61,767 bases of DNA from Nitrospiraceae bacterium (GCA_002726235.1 PBSN01000001.1:1-61767); one strand, 5' to 3'. Counted from the first letter of the stretch, positions 33,099 through 44,283 are shown. Notes: generated by a model from the letters alone, not told the origin. Numbers and translations are program-made.

Positions 33099-33896
33099 TC
33101 ACTTCTTGCGGAATAGCCACATAACCGGATCCTGTTGATAATATCCTTTGATCGCACTGTACAATGCGGAATGCTGTTGTTTCAGTGCAGTAGGGTTCTC
33201 AAAAAATGCTTCGGTTGCCACTGCAAAAAATTCTGCAGGGTGTTCGGTTCCGTACTTGTCTAACACTGTTGAACGACCCCGCCGCCTTGCCCGACGAAGA
33301 TATTGAAACTCCGCTTCGAAGACCTTCACCCACCCCATATACTGTTTATGGTTCCTTAAGATTGGTGTACCATCCGCCGCTCCACCCTCCATGTCAAGAA
33401 GATGTGCAAACTCGTGTACTGTCACGTTTGTTCCATCGCGGTCATCCAAAGATGCCTTGCACACTTCATCCCACGAAAGCACAATCGCTCCCGTCGGCCA
33501 CGCTTCACCACAGAGAGCATCCACCCCCTCATGAACAATACCAGGCGCGTCACCAAAATCACGCTTTACGGGGACCAAAAACGCACTGGGATACAGCAAT
33601 ATTGAATAGAGCTCTGGATAAAAGTCCGTATCTCGACGCAACAATAACAAACACGCATGTCCAGCAATGGTCACGATCATCTCATCTGTAATCGTCAGCC
33701 CCCCACATCCTTCAAATCGTTTCTCCGCAAGAAATACTTGAACTCGCCACTTCAGCTGATCCTGATCAGAAGCACTCAATTGAGTGTACAGCGGAACATT
33801 GGTCTTGAGAATTTCAAGCCAATGAGATGGAAATTTTGCAAAGCGTAACCGCTCACGGTGACTGCGTCTCAAAAGCCCGTTTATGAAACCAAACAT
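33099..33896 (-). CDS. mtfA: MtfA-like zinc-dependent peptidase (M90)
   Basis: FLAEKRFEGCGG, NVTVHEFAH.LD, EFFAVATEAFFE. Confidence 0.88.
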   Translation of the reverse strand: MFGFINGLLRRSHRERLRFAKFPSHWLEILKTNVPLYTQLSASDQDQLKWRVQVFLAEKRFEGCGGLTITDEMIVTIAGHACLLLLRRDTDFYPELYSILLYPSAFLVPVKRDFGDAPGIVHEGVDALCGEAWPTGAIVLSWDEVCKASLDDRDGTNVTVHEFAHLLDMEGGAADGTPILRNHKQYMGWVKVFEAEFQYLRRARRRGRSTVLDKYGTEHPAEFFAVATEAFFENPTALKQQHSALYSAIKGYYQQDPVMWLFRKK

Positions 33897-34248
33897 TGCT
33901 ACGATGACTTTTTTTCCGAAAGGTGTTTTTCCCTGAGAGACTACTACATCTTGAATGCTACCCTGCTAGACAAACACACAAGACTCGCATAGATCGCAGC
34001 ATATATCACGTCTTGCCATGCGATCGCCTCAACCCAAATAATCTTGCGTTGGGTTCAATGCAAGCAACTAGAGCAACTGCATCACGAGCTAAGTTAACAC
34101 TGACAATAGGCAGAAATAAATCCGTCTAGGTAAATAATTTGCAATCTAGGTCACATTTTTCAGGGGCACTTTCCCTTATTCTAGAACGGTTTGTTGCCAT
34201 TTTGGTTGATTTTACGCGCTTTACTCTGCAGTCATGTGTGAATTTTGA

Positions 34249-34713
34249 GTGATGAATTCTAACGCCGAAAACGCCTCCGAAAGCCCCTCTTCAGGTGATT
34301 CGTCTGACCTTCCCCCCCCACGAATTCTGGTTGTGGAGGACGATGCCGCCGCCGCAAATGTTCTATCCATCACGCTTCCAAAGCTAGGATATGTCGTAGC
34401 AGGGACAGTCTCCACAGGCGAAGCTGCCATTGAACATATGAAACGAGAGCGCCCAGACCTTGCTATGATGGACATCCGCCTAGAGGGGCGAATGGACGGA
34501 ATCAAAACCGCACAAATCGCACAAGATCAATTTGATGTTCCTGTAGTCTACATGACCGCTTACACGGGCACGCTTGCCTTCCAATGTGTGCTCGGCACAG
34601 ATCCTCGAACCCAACTCAGCAAACCGTTTACCAAGCGCGACATTAAAGCAGCAATTGACCTCGCATTATCGCAGGCAAAACTCAACAACTCGAATCCACC
34701 CCTCGCACTGTAA
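34249..34713 (+). CDS. Orphan response regulator receiver
   Basis: ILVVEDD, AMMDIRL, YMTA, SKPF. Confidence 0.85.
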   Translation: MMNSNAENASESPSSGDSSDLPPPRILVVEDDAAAANVLSITLPKLGYVVAGTVSTGEAAIEHMKRERPDLAMMDIRLEGRMDGIKTAQIAQDQFDVPVVYMTAYTGTLAFQCVLGTDPRTQLSKPFTKRDIKAAIDLALSQAKLNNSNPPLAL

Positions 34714-35148
34714 ACCACTGCCCAGGATTTCACCTGGTAACAGACCGCCCCAGTATTTAAAATCCCCGTTGCTTCCTCTCATTTTCGTAAAAACTATCTG
34801 CATAGAGTTTTAAAAAAGTGTTATATATTGCGCGTTAGGGAGGATGCGTTAGGAAACAGAACTCCCCTTATGCTTAAATCATACAGATGATATTTTGAGT
34901 CTTTAATGTTAAGACTTTTCCTAAGTAATTTTTCAACAAAAAAATCTAGAACGATTATTTTACGGTAGTAAAATGACGGGGCAGAACACCTTCATGCCCC
35001 TAGGCATACTCCACCTCGTCGAGGCCAAAGCTTTCTATTAGGAATAAAATGGTATACTCAGCCGACAGAGCAAAAATCAAATATTCTGCAAGGGGTGGGA
35101 AGTGTGAGGATAAGGATAGACCAGAGTGTATGGTGTTCGAAGTATACG

Positions 35149-35826
35149 ATGAAGCAACATCCGAAACTAAGTGATTACTTTCACGCATTTAATTCAGATA
35201 ATATTCAGTATTTTGAGAGTGTAAAAAAATACTTGCTAATGACTCAAAAAATTAAAGGCGACATTGTTGAGTGTGGCATTGGAAGAGGCCGATCTTTAAT
35301 AGCAATCTGTCATATCATAAACGAGTGGAAGCAGGGGAAAAAAGTTCATGCTTTCGACTCATTTGAAGGTTTTGGATTTATCAATCCTCAAGATAGGTCT
35401 TTTAGAGATCCGAAAAATGGAGAATGGTCACATTCACCTAATGAAAAAATCAGACATAATAAAAAATTTATAAGCAGGATTTTGGAATTGCATATTTACG
35501 AAAAAAATTTCAAAAACGTCGAATTGGTCAAAGGATTCGTTGAAAACACGTTACCGAAACATGCAAACAAAATTAAGAAAATATCATTCCTGAATGCCGA
35601 CGTAGATTTATATAGTGGCCATACAGCAATCCTTGAAAATTTATGGACGAAAATATCAAAAAATGGAATTATTTATTTTGATGATATTTATCATAAGAAA
35701 GTTAAAAAGGTGCCTTTTCCTGGAGCAAGAAAGGCATATGACTATTTCTTTGCAGGTAAACGAAAATATATTAAAGAATTAATTTGTGAAAAAAGAGGAA
35801 ATCTAATTGTACAAAAAATTATTTAA
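35149..35826 (+). CDS. TylF/MycF-like O-methyltransferase
   Basis: GDIVECGIGRG, FDSFEGF, LVKGF..TLP, DVDLY, FDD; visibly AT-rich. Confidence 0.82.
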   Translation: MKQHPKLSDYFHAFNSDNIQYFESVKKYLLMTQKIKGDIVECGIGRGRSLIAICHIINEWKQGKKVHAFDSFEGFGFINPQDRSFRDPKNGEWSHSPNEKIRHNKKFISRILELHIYEKNFKNVELVKGFVENTLPKHANKIKKISFLNADVDLYSGHTAILENLWTKISKNGIIYFDDIYHKKVKKVPFPGARKAYDYFFAGKRKYIKELICEKRGNLIVQKII

Positions 35827-36002
35827 ACCTTTGAATTTGATACTTGTTAATACTTATCCCGACAAAGTTTTCACCGCCGAATTTCAGAAACCATTGTTTT
35901 ACGCCAATCAATTAACACGAAAAGAGTAACACAGCACCTTCACGCTCCTAGAAACATACTCCGTCTCGTGCCCTCTCTCAACGCAGGTTAGCTCAGGTTG
36001 CT

Positions 36003-36287
36003 ATGATTATCAGCGGGAATTCGCTCATGAGAAACAGTGACAAGACTACGAACGGCCAAGCACAAGAAACCTGGCTTGACCATGCTCATACCTCAGGTCA
36101 AATTCTTCTTCTTCTTCTCACGTGCTTTATTGTTCTTTTTTCGATCTTCACCGCAGGGGTTGAGAGCGGAATATTGATAGGCACGATTCTTGCCATCGCG
36201 TGGTTGTTTCTGTCTATTGGGTGGTGGGTTATATATCGCCTACTTTACTATGTCCTATCTCCACGGAGCAGGTCTCACACTCCATGA
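36003..36287 (+). CDS. Small two-TM hypothetical protein
   Basis: 94-aa ORF with two hydrophobic helices. Confidence 0.55.
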   Translation: MIISGNSLMRNSDKTTNGQAQETWLDHAHTSGQILLLLLTCFIVLFSIFTAGVESGILIGTILAIAWLFLSIGWWVIYRLLYYVLSPRSRSHTP

Positions 36288-36382
36288 TCACCCCTAACAT
36301 CTGAGGTTTTTGCTTTTCATCGACATCATGGTAGTCGAAAAGTATTTGTATACCACCGTGATCTTCAAGCTTCTTTCCCTAG

Positions 36383-36775
36383 TCATGGTTCATGGTGATT
36401 ACAAATACTTGTATCAGGTTCAAACTCGCGTTCAAGGTACTCGATAAGAAGCTGCACGTTTTTCAGGTTGGATTTCAAATAGACATCATACAGATCCCCG
36501 ACGACAGGAACCGCCCCTAAGATGAAATCGATCCCAACATTCCACATCATGCGCATGAGAATTGTCTTCGGCACACCAAGCCTCCATGCCTCACGCAAAA
36601 TATAGAGTGCCGTCACAGATGTGAACACGTCTCCGACAACCGGAATAAATCCGATGATAGCGTCGAGACCGACGCGTTGGTCTGTTCCAGGAATAGGGAT
36701 ACGGTCGTCAAGCCATGTGGCAAAGCGCTTTAACCGTGCAAGGTGAATTTCTTTATCTTCTTGAAGCTCCATCAC
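36383..36775 (-). CDS. DUF4112 family protein
   Basis: LDDRIPIPGT..GLDAIIGFIPVVGD..GAVPVVGDLYD. Confidence 0.88.
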   Translation of the reverse strand: MMELQEDKEIHLARLKRFATWLDDRIPIPGTDQRVGLDAIIGFIPVVGDVFTSVTALYILREAWRLGVPKTILMRMMWNVGIDFILGAVPVVGDLYDVYLKSNLKNVQLLIEYLEREFEPDTSICNHHEP

Positions 36776-36800
36776 GCCTATGACCGTTACGCGTCACTCA

Positions 36801-37439
36801 TTAAAGTGCTGACTCTGGCCATTGCAATAAAATCGTCGTGCGCTCGCATCCTGCTTCTGCAGCATTCACAATCTGCATACGCACATCCGTTCCATAGACC
36901 TGCTCGATCGTATCCATTAAGGCTCTCTGAGAGATCGGCTTGCTAGATTCACACCGCGTATTGCAGTGAAACGCCAGCGCATCCTCTGCAATCGAAAGCT
37001 GTTGTGGATCATCATCTGAAATACTTAGCGGCCAAAGAAGACATACCGCTGGCTTGACCTGGTCAAACGGAATCTTCAAATGTGCGGCGGCACTGTGAAG
37101 CCCACAACGAGTCTTATCTTCTGACTGGTAGGCAAAGACACACAGTCCGTCTTCTGTCGTATCGAGACTAATCAGTCCATCATCTGTCTCTTCAAAAACA
37201 TTCTGGAAACCATCCCTGTTCTTCAAATCGGGGCAAAACTTCGATGCCTCTGGAAATACACCGACAATGGCTTCCATCTCATCTGGTGTAATACAAACTT
37301 CATAGGTCGCACAACACGACCGCCTAGGGCCTTTGCCTTGGCATCCGTCACATGTATGCGAGAGGGTCTCAACCTGCTTTATCTCAACGACCATGGATGT
37401 GTTTTTCAACTTCTTCGAGGCTTGTCGCATCACTAGCAC
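36801..37439 (-). CDS. Cys-rich putative Fe-S/Zn protein (DUF3109/YkgJ-like)
   Basis: CDGC..SCC..CVF..CGLH..KPAVCLLWP. Confidence 0.72.
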   Translation of the reverse strand: MLVMRQASKKLKNTSMVVEIKQVETLSHTCDGCQGKGPRRSCCATYEVCITPDEMEAIVGVFPEASKFCPDLKNRDGFQNVFEETDDGLISLDTTEDGLCVFAYQSEDKTRCGLHSAAAHLKIPFDQVKPAVCLLWPLSISDDDPQQLSIAEDALAFHCNTRCESSKPISQRALMDTIEQVYGTDVRMQIVNAAEAGCERTTILLQWPESAL

Positions 37440-37441
37440 TC

Positions 37442-37792
37442 TTATCGGCTACGTCCCTGTCGGCGAGGTCGGAGAGCGTGCGAACAGTGCGGGCATGTGT
37501 CTAAATGTACGAGATCAACCAACCAAGTCGTATGCGAACGTGTCGTGATCATATTCCACACCAGCGAGCGGTGACAAGTCAGACAGCGGAGCGACCACAT
37601 CAGCCAGAGCACTATCACGATACTGAGCACAGTTCCAGTAACCAAATAGGGCATGATTGGGCCATGCCCAGCAATCAAGGCAATCACGGCAAAGGGAAAG
37701 GCAATCAACGCAATCCCGCAACTGAGAAGTGCTAAATACAGTTTCCACATCTGACCGGTAGCTTCAAGCCAATTGGACTTCGTCACATCCAT
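37442..37792 (-). CDS. Membrane protein with C-terminal zinc ribbon
   Basis: Two TM helices followed by CLTC..CPHC. Confidence 0.6.
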   Translation of the reverse strand: MDVTKSNWLEATGQMWKLYLALLSCGIALIAFPFAVIALIAGHGPIMPYLVTGTVLSIVIVLWLMWSLRCLTCHRSLVWNMITTRSHTTWLVDLVHLDTCPHCSHALRPRRQGRSR

Positions 37793-37851
37793 TCGTTGAC
37801 CTCATGATCCGGCAGTCGAGATTCATTTGCCACAACAAGATTTTTATCGAT

Positions 37852-38142
37852 TCACATTGGCGGAACCAAGCGAATCGGCATCACCTCAACATCAATCCAT
37901 ACGCCTTTAGTCACATAGGGATCGGATTGAAGCCACAGATCTAATGCGGCCCGAGACTCAAAATTCATGTACAGCGTTGAGCCGATCATATTACCTTGAT
38001 TGTCCAAAATTGCTCCCCCATTGATAAACACACCTGTCTCCTTGAGAGCAACGATGTTGTCCAAATGCGCTGATCTCGCTTGAAGCCTTCGCGTTTTAGC
38101 TTCAGCATCTTTACCATCGTAAGCCATGACAAGAAACTCCAT
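37852..38142 (-). CDS. yciI: YciI family protein
   Basis: R..ARSAHL..GGAILD..MIGS..DPYV..GVW. Confidence 0.88.
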   Translation of the reverse strand: MEFLVMAYDGKDAEAKTRRLQARSAHLDNIVALKETGVFINGGAILDNQGNMIGSTLYMNFESRAALDLWLQSDPYVTKGVWIDVEVMPIRLVPPM

Positions 38143-38161
38143 CGCCCCCTCCAGAGAAATC

Positions 38162-38467
38162 TTATAGGCAACGCCGTTCGGCGCGTATCACCATCCCATC
38201 GATAATATCGTTTTGTATAAGTACCGCTTCCTTCCGCAATTTTGAAAGATTCTTAATCTGACGTTCGACACTCAGTGCAACGCATTTATTGTCTCCAATG
38301 GCCTTCGCAAGCACTAACTCCAATGGCCCTCTACCGCGAAGATATTTTGCCGCCTTGTTTGAATTGTCCTGATGCTCCGCAAAACGTCGCGCAACATCAG
38401 TGGAAATACCCGTATAAAGCGTCCCTTCTCTACATCGAACTATATAGAGATGCCATTGCAATGCCAC
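38162..38467 (-). CDS. GIY-YIG nuclease (YhbQ/UPF0213 type)
   Basis: LYIVRC..TLYTGISTDVARRFAEH..AKYLRGRGP. Confidence 0.88.
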   Translation of the reverse strand: MALQWHLYIVRCREGTLYTGISTDVARRFAEHQDNSNKAAKYLRGRGPLELVLAKAIGDNKCVALSVERQIKNLSKLRKEAVLIQNDIIDGMVIRAERRCL

Positions 38468-38918
38468 AGAGCCATCGCCCCCCTGACTACATGCGGACGT
38501 CGAGCGCCATGCTAAAATCCAATGCCTGCATAGCCACTACAATCACAATTGTGGGAGGGTACTCCAAACAGCAAAGGGACCCAATCGCACGACAGAGCAA
38601 GGAGCCAGCACGAACCACCTTCGATTAAACAATTGCAACTGCTCGGTTATTTAGGCTGAAAGTGAAAGCAGATACGCGACATTTCTAACCTCTTCTACAT
38701 CTGATAATGATACTATGGGACCTTGGTCACTGTCTCCCCCTTCGTACCTCGGTCTGTCCATCCAAGCAATTTCCCACTATATTGACCATTTGGCGTTCAG
38801 CAATCATCATTTTTAGCAGGACTGCTATAATTTCTTAGACAATTTGAATGCACTGTATAATTTCCCTTGTGCTGAGCCAAGCACAAAGCCCAATCCACGT
38901 ACACATCAGGTGAACAAC

Positions 38919-39665
38919 ATGAAATGGGCAAAACGACTAAGCATTGTTTCCACCGTTGTCCTGATCGGGCCTGTCCTAAGCATCGCGTGTGGACAGGTGC
39001 ATCTGGATCGAGACTGGCGGACCGCCAGCCGAGTCAGTGCGCAGATTGCGCCTGCCCCTGAGATTCCAGAAGCCATTGTCCAGATCTATGCCGCACGCGC
39101 ATTTAACTGGCGAGGAATTTTTGGCGTTCATACTTGGATTGCCACGAAGAGATCACAGGATCAGCATTTTGTGGTCCATGATGTAATTGGGTGGCGTAGG
39201 TTTTCCAATCGTGCTGTGCTGGCTTCATATGTCGATGTTCCAGACCGACTCTGGTTTGGAAACCAACCTGAGATTCTCGTCGACCTACGAGGACAAGCCG
39301 CCGAAGAAGCAATCCTCCACATCGCTGACGCAATTGGCACATATCCCTACACATGGGACTACCGCCTATGGCCAGGACCAAACAGCAATACTTTTACGGC
39401 TTTTGTCGGACGGCATGTACCCGAGCTTCGACTGCACCTTCCGCCAACGGCAATCGGTAAGGATTTTCTTGAGAACAGCACTATCCTCGCCCGAACGCCA
39501 AGCGGAACAGGCTATCAACTCTCTCTCGCCGGCCTCGTTGGAATGACAGCGGCATGGCGAGAAGGGATTGAGGTGAATATTATTGGGTTGGTGTTCGGTG
39601 TAGATGTCCGCCGTCCAGCCATCAAACTCCCTGGTATCGGTCGAGTGGGATTTTCTCAGGACTAA
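38919..39665 (+). CDS. DUF3750 family protein
   Basis: VQIYAARAFNWRGIFGVHTWI, Y.LWPGPNSNTF, LPPTAIGKD. Confidence 0.82.
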   Translation: MKWAKRLSIVSTVVLIGPVLSIACGQVHLDRDWRTASRVSAQIAPAPEIPEAIVQIYAARAFNWRGIFGVHTWIATKRSQDQHFVVHDVIGWRRFSNRAVLASYVDVPDRLWFGNQPEILVDLRGQAAEEAILHIADAIGTYPYTWDYRLWPGPNSNTFTAFVGRHVPELRLHLPPTAIGKDFLENSTILARTPSGTGYQLSLAGLVGMTAAWREGIEVNIIGLVFGVDVRRPAIKLPGIGRVGFSQD

Positions 39666-39669
39666 TCAT

Positions 39670-40632
39670 TTACGTAATGTACTGTTTGAAATATTCTGGT
39701 ATTCGCTTTTCAAGCCAATACTCTTCTTTCCCAGGAAATGTTCCCTGGACAAACCCCACATGTCCACCACGCGCACTAAGTTCAAGACTGACAATCGGTG
39801 AAAGTTGATCGACCGTTGGAATAGCTTCGACAGACGAAAATGGATCATCTTTTGCGTGAATAATCAGTGTAGGAATACGAATATCCAAAAGATAGGGCCC
39901 GCAACTTGAACGAGTGTAATAGTCGTCGACCCCTGCAAATTCGTGTAACGGGGCAGTAACGTAATCGTCAAAGTCACGAAATGTCTTGAGCGTAGTTATC
40001 TGTTCCACATCAAACGGAAACGATGCGGTCTGAGATTTCATTTTTATTTTGTTGACCAGCCTTTTTACAAGATACCACTGATACAAGCGTGAAAATCCTT
40101 TATCCAATTCCTGCGCTGCAAGATGCAGATCAAACGTGGGCGACACGGCAATACCAGCACATAAAGGGTTGTTCGCACCAGTTTCTCCCACCCATTTCAG
40201 AAAGACATTCCCGCCCATCGAATATCCTAATGCCACTAATGGGACTCCCGGTTCACAAATTTTGATATGGCGGATGACAGCAGCGAAATCACTAGTGTCT
40301 CCGGAATGATAGGCACGCGACAAGCGATTGTGTTCGCCACTGCAACCTCTGAAGTGGACAAGGACACCGCGCCACCCGTGAGAATGAATCGTCTCGAGAA
40401 TTCCGGGGATGTAGTGAGATCGATAGGAACCCTCTAATCCATGAAGCACAACAACGATCGGACCATCCTCACGCGCAGTCCATGCGAGATCGAGAAAATC
40501 TCCATCCTGCAACTCAAGCCGTTCGTATTTGAGAACCATGGAGTTATTGCGCCTGAAGAGTACCCCCCACAGCGTTTGAATATGGCGATTTGAGCACCAC
40601 CACGGCGCGGTGAAACTACTCTCCTGAATCAT
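39670..40632 (-). CDS. yheT: YheT-like alpha/beta hydrolase
   Basis: HGLEGS, FRGCSG, GYSMGG nucleophile motif, DDPF, GGHVGF. Confidence 0.9.
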   Translation of the reverse strand: MIQESSFTAPWWCSNRHIQTLWGVLFRRNNSMVLKYERLELQDGDFLDLAWTAREDGPIVVVLHGLEGSYRSHYIPGILETIHSHGWRGVLVHFRGCSGEHNRLSRAYHSGDTSDFAAVIRHIKICEPGVPLVALGYSMGGNVFLKWVGETGANNPLCAGIAVSPTFDLHLAAQELDKGFSRLYQWYLVKRLVNKIKMKSQTASFPFDVEQITTLKTFRDFDDYVTAPLHEFAGVDDYYTRSSCGPYLLDIRIPTLIIHAKDDPFSSVEAIPTVDQLSPIVSLELSARGGHVGFVQGTFPGKEEYWLEKRIPEYFKQYIT

Positions 40633-40644
40633 TCTCCTATGTTG

Positions 40645-41898
40645 CTATGATCTGGAGGGGACAATTCGTTTGACGAGAGCTTTCATACTCATGCCTTGAA
40701 CCACGATAGAAAAGATTACAACAGCATACGTCGCAGTCAGAATAAGTGGTTTGAACTCGTTTTCTGGTAACGATAATGCCAACGCAACAGCAATACCACC
40801 ACGAAGACCACCCCATATCAGCACGGGGATAGCCCCTTGTGTAAACGTCATACGTACTGAAAGTGCAGCCATCGGAATTCCGACGCCAAACGACCGCCCA
40901 AGCAACGTGATAGGAATTGCCAAAATTGCAGCGGAGATGTGATCAATCGAAAAACTTACCACCAGAACTTCTAGGCCGATCAGAAGAAAGAGCACTGAAT
41001 TAAGAATTTCGTCCATCAACTCCCAAAAGTGAAACAGATGTTCTCTAGTTGTTTCAGACATGGCAAACTGCGCGCCTTGATTCCCAATGAAGAGGCCAGC
41101 GACCACCATCGCGATCGGCCCACTCATATGGACTTTGATTGCGATTGCATAAGTCACCATTACCAACGCTAAGCTAATAAGAATTTCAATGACATATTCG
41201 TCGATAACATGCATCGCGCGATAGCCGACATATCCAGCCACAAGCCCCAACAAAATTCCGCCGACTGCCTCTTGGAGAAACACGATCATGACATCCTTCG
41301 GCCCTACCTGCCCATAGTCTCCTCCAACGGCAATAGAAAGCAGAATAGTGAACACCACCACCCCTACTCCATCATTGAATAGCGACTCGCCAGCCACCTT
41401 TGCTTCCAGTGCAGACGGAACATTGATGGTCTTAAAAATTCCAAGCACTGCCACCGGATCCGTCGGGCTAATGAGAGCACCGAACACCAACGCCCATATC
41501 CACGGCAGCGACAACCCAAGTAAGCCAAGCACAAACCACAGTGCGGTTCCAATCACAAACGTTGACGTGAGGATACCAACTGTAGCCAATGTCAAAATTG
41601 GCCACTTGCGATCTGCCATAGCAATGAAGTCGACATGTAACGCCCCAGCAAAGAGGAGAAAGCTCAACATCCCATGCATCACCGTCTCATGAAAGTCAAT
41701 TTGTGCAAGGAGCTTTGAGATAGTTATTCCTATTTCACTCCCCGGAAGAGTTGCATCAGCAAAAATGACCACGCTCGATGCCGAAAGGGCAATCAGTAAC
41801 AAGCCAATAGTATGCGGAAGTTTCAGATATCGATGATTGAGAAACCCAAACAATGCCGCTAAACCAATGAGAATGGCGGCGATATCAAATACAGACAT
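40645..41898 (-). CDS. nhaP: Na+/H+ antiporter (CPA1/NhaP family)
   Basis: ISPTDPVAV, GESLFNDG, WGGLRG. Confidence 0.92.
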   Translation of the reverse strand: MSVFDIAAILIGLAALFGFLNHRYLKLPHTIGLLLIALSASSVVIFADATLPGSEIGITISKLLAQIDFHETVMHGMLSFLLFAGALHVDFIAMADRKWPILTLATVGILTSTFVIGTALWFVLGLLGLSLPWIWALVFGALISPTDPVAVLGIFKTINVPSALEAKVAGESLFNDGVGVVVFTILLSIAVGGDYGQVGPKDVMIVFLQEAVGGILLGLVAGYVGYRAMHVIDEYVIEILISLALVMVTYAIAIKVHMSGPIAMVVAGLFIGNQGAQFAMSETTREHLFHFWELMDEILNSVLFLLIGLEVLVVSFSIDHISAAILAIPITLLGRSFGVGIPMAALSVRMTFTQGAIPVLIWGGLRGGIAVALALSLPENEFKPLILTATYAVVIFSIVVQGMSMKALVKRIVPSRS

Positions 41899-42092
41899 TG
41901 GCGCCTCCCCTCTCTGCAATCTAGATATGAACGATAATAAGCAAGGCGTAGGACATCGGTTGCGGAGAACATGGCGCGATTTAACAGGGAAGTCAAGAGT
42001 CTAGATTCAGCCCTCCAAGTTTATCCTTCGGCATCAATACCTACCTGACAAAACAGATTGCTATAATAACCAGCGTTACACAGGAGAAACAC

Positions 42093-42779
42093 ATGCGAAT
42101 TATCATTTTTTTGATTTTTGTTCTGGCCATTGTCTTTGGACCTCAATTGTGGACCCGGCGAGTGTTTAAGAAACACAGCACGCCACGCCAAGATTTTCAA
42201 GGAACCGGCGGGGAATTTGCGAGGCATCTGCTCGACCTCATGAATATGGGCCATGTAAAGGTCGAAACCACCCCAAGTGGAGATCACTACGACCCAATGA
42301 CCAAAACCGTCAGGCTCACGCAAGACAACTACGACAAGAAATCACTGACCGCGGTGACCGTTGCGGCACACGAAGTTGGTCATGCGATGCAAGACCAATC
42401 AGGATATCCTCCACTCAAACAACGCACCCGCTTAATTGGCGTGGCTCAAGGCGCAGAGAAGATTGGTGCTGGAATCACGATGGGCATTCCAATTGTTGCG
42501 ATGATCACACAAACTCCAGCCGCAGGGTTGATCGTACTGTATGCCGGCATTCTGACCATGGGCATCTCCACCCTTGTCCATCTCATTACACTTCCAGTCG
42601 AATGGGACGCAAGCTTTAGCCGCGCACTGCCAATATTGCAACGCGGCGGGTATCTGTCAAAGCAAGACATGCAGGGTGCTCGCCAAATCCTCACTGCCGC
42701 AGCATTTACCTATGTCGCCGCATCACTAGCAAGTCTCCTCAATCTCTGGCGCTGGATTATGCTACTCCTAAGGCGATAG
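42093..42779 (+). CDS. YugP-like membrane zinc metallopeptidase
   Basis: DHYDP, AAHEVGHA.Q, TLPVE.DAS.RA, AAAFTYVA. Confidence 0.9.
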   Translation: MRIIIFLIFVLAIVFGPQLWTRRVFKKHSTPRQDFQGTGGEFARHLLDLMNMGHVKVETTPSGDHYDPMTKTVRLTQDNYDKKSLTAVTVAAHEVGHAMQDQSGYPPLKQRTRLIGVAQGAEKIGAGITMGIPIVAMITQTPAAGLIVLYAGILTMGISTLVHLITLPVEWDASFSRALPILQRGGYLSKQDMQGARQILTAAAFTYVAASLASLLNLWRWIMLLLRR

Positions 42780-42874
42780 TACGAGTTGAAAAAAGAAAAC
42801 AAATTTCCTGTCCGCTCATGGCAACTTAAATGTCATACACTATAACCTCACAAACCCCATGGAAGGAGAAAACA

Positions 42875-43105
42875 GTGAATCTGATTAAAGTTGTCTTATT
42901 AGTGATGATAGCGATGTATCTCACCGGGTGTTTTTTTACCAAAGCTATTACCGTCCCGATGCGTGGCGTCGGTGCAATGATTTCTGGAGTGGGGGCCGTG
43001 ATTTCTGTCATTCCCGTTGCCGGCAATATCGCTGATGATGCACTCGAAGAGGTTGATGATGCAATCGATGAGGTTGCGGATACCATTGACAAGGTTCCGA
43101 TCTGA
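42875..43105 (+). CDS. Small lipoprotein
   Basis: AAGGAG RBS, GTG start, lipobox LTGC, acidic tail. Confidence 0.7.
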   Translation: MNLIKVVLLVMIAMYLTGCFFTKAITVPMRGVGAMISGVGAVISVIPVAGNIADDALEEVDDAIDEVADTIDKVPI

Positions 43106-43116
43106 AGGGCATCTCC

Positions 43117-43581
43117 ATGTTGCAATCCATTAAAGCGTTTTTTCAAGAAAAAATTTCGGCGGTCCCCGACAACAAGCCAGACACCTCTGAACACGCGCTG
43201 CAGCTCGCCACTGCAGCGCTTCTCATTGAGATAGCCCGTGCGGATTTTGAAGTAAAGGATGAGGAACGCCACGCGGTAACTGCGGCTATCCAATCGGCCT
43301 TTCAACTCTCATCAAATGAGACAGCAACGCTCATCGCACTGGCAGAAGAAGAGGTTAACCAAGCTACGGATATGTTTCAGTTTGCCGCATTGATTAATGA
43401 ACAGTTTCCGCGAGAACGGAAAATCCTCGTGCTGGAATACCTCTGGACAGTGGCCTTTGCGGACGCGGATCTAGAGAAGTACGAAGAGCATTTGATCAGA
43501 AAAGTGACGACACTGCTGCATCTCGATCACAAAGACTTCATCGATGCCAAACTTCGAGTGAAGCAACAATTACGCCCTTGA
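43117..43581 (+). CDS. terB: TerB family protein
   Basis: ATAALLIEIARAD..EE..LWTVAFADA..YEE..IRKV. Confidence 0.85.
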   Translation: MLQSIKAFFQEKISAVPDNKPDTSEHALQLATAALLIEIARADFEVKDEERHAVTAAIQSAFQLSSNETATLIALAEEEVNQATDMFQFAALINEQFPRERKILVLEYLWTVAFADADLEKYEEHLIRKVTTLLHLDHKDFIDAKLRVKQQLRP

Positions 43582-43796
43582 GCATCGCCTACTGAGCGTT
43601 GTGGCCACCAGCCAGATAGTGCCACAACACTCCATGCAAATCTCTATATTTGGGTGGACTAAACCGGGTGTCACCAATACGTAGGAAGGTCAGACTCTCC
43701 CTCTCTGAATCGAGCACAATGCCTCGGTTTTCACCCAGCCGAGCCAAACTTCTATCCGAACTCGTTTTTTTTCAGTCGATGAGCCAATTACATCAT

Positions 43797-44283
43797 TGTC
43801 AATAACCAAATCTCCCTTGTTTTCGCTAAAAAACAGTACGTTATCCTGTGCATAAAGTGCTATTCATAAAAACAAACACTATTTTCTATTGACAAAACAT
43901 GTGTTGTGTGCAGACCAAAATTTAGTTGCGCTTTTTAGCATAAAGTTGCCTTTTCCCCCAATAAACACAGTGTTTCCACGCGTCAGATGTACCATTCATG
44001 CTTTAATACAGGCGTTCAGACGATTGGATTTTCTGACACGAATTTTGTTACACACATGGCGCTGTGCATAACTGCGTGAGGGCAACCTTGAAGTTCACAC
44101 AACTGGCTTTATCGATTTCATCGTATTGCCTAAAAACTAGGCACACTGGACGAGACTAGAAAGCAGGCATACTGAAAGAAAATTGTTAGACTCCCCACGC
44201 CATGAGGGCAAAACGGAGCATTGTCGGTAATTATCGGTTAAAGTCCTGCAATCCATCAGAGAAACGAAGCCCCACTTTCCACA
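43797..44283. promoter_or_regulatory. Cluster of DnaA-box-like 9-mers in an AT-rich intergenic region
   Basis: TGTGCATAA at 43847 and 44063 (perfect TTWTNCACA on the minus strand); one-mismatch boxes at 43797, 44048 and 44275. Confidence 0.45.

Noticed and set aside
29596..38467. Two GIY-YIG nucleases as a defence or homing system
   Set aside because: Both are short stand-alone types, 8 kb apart, with no intron, methylase or partner genes
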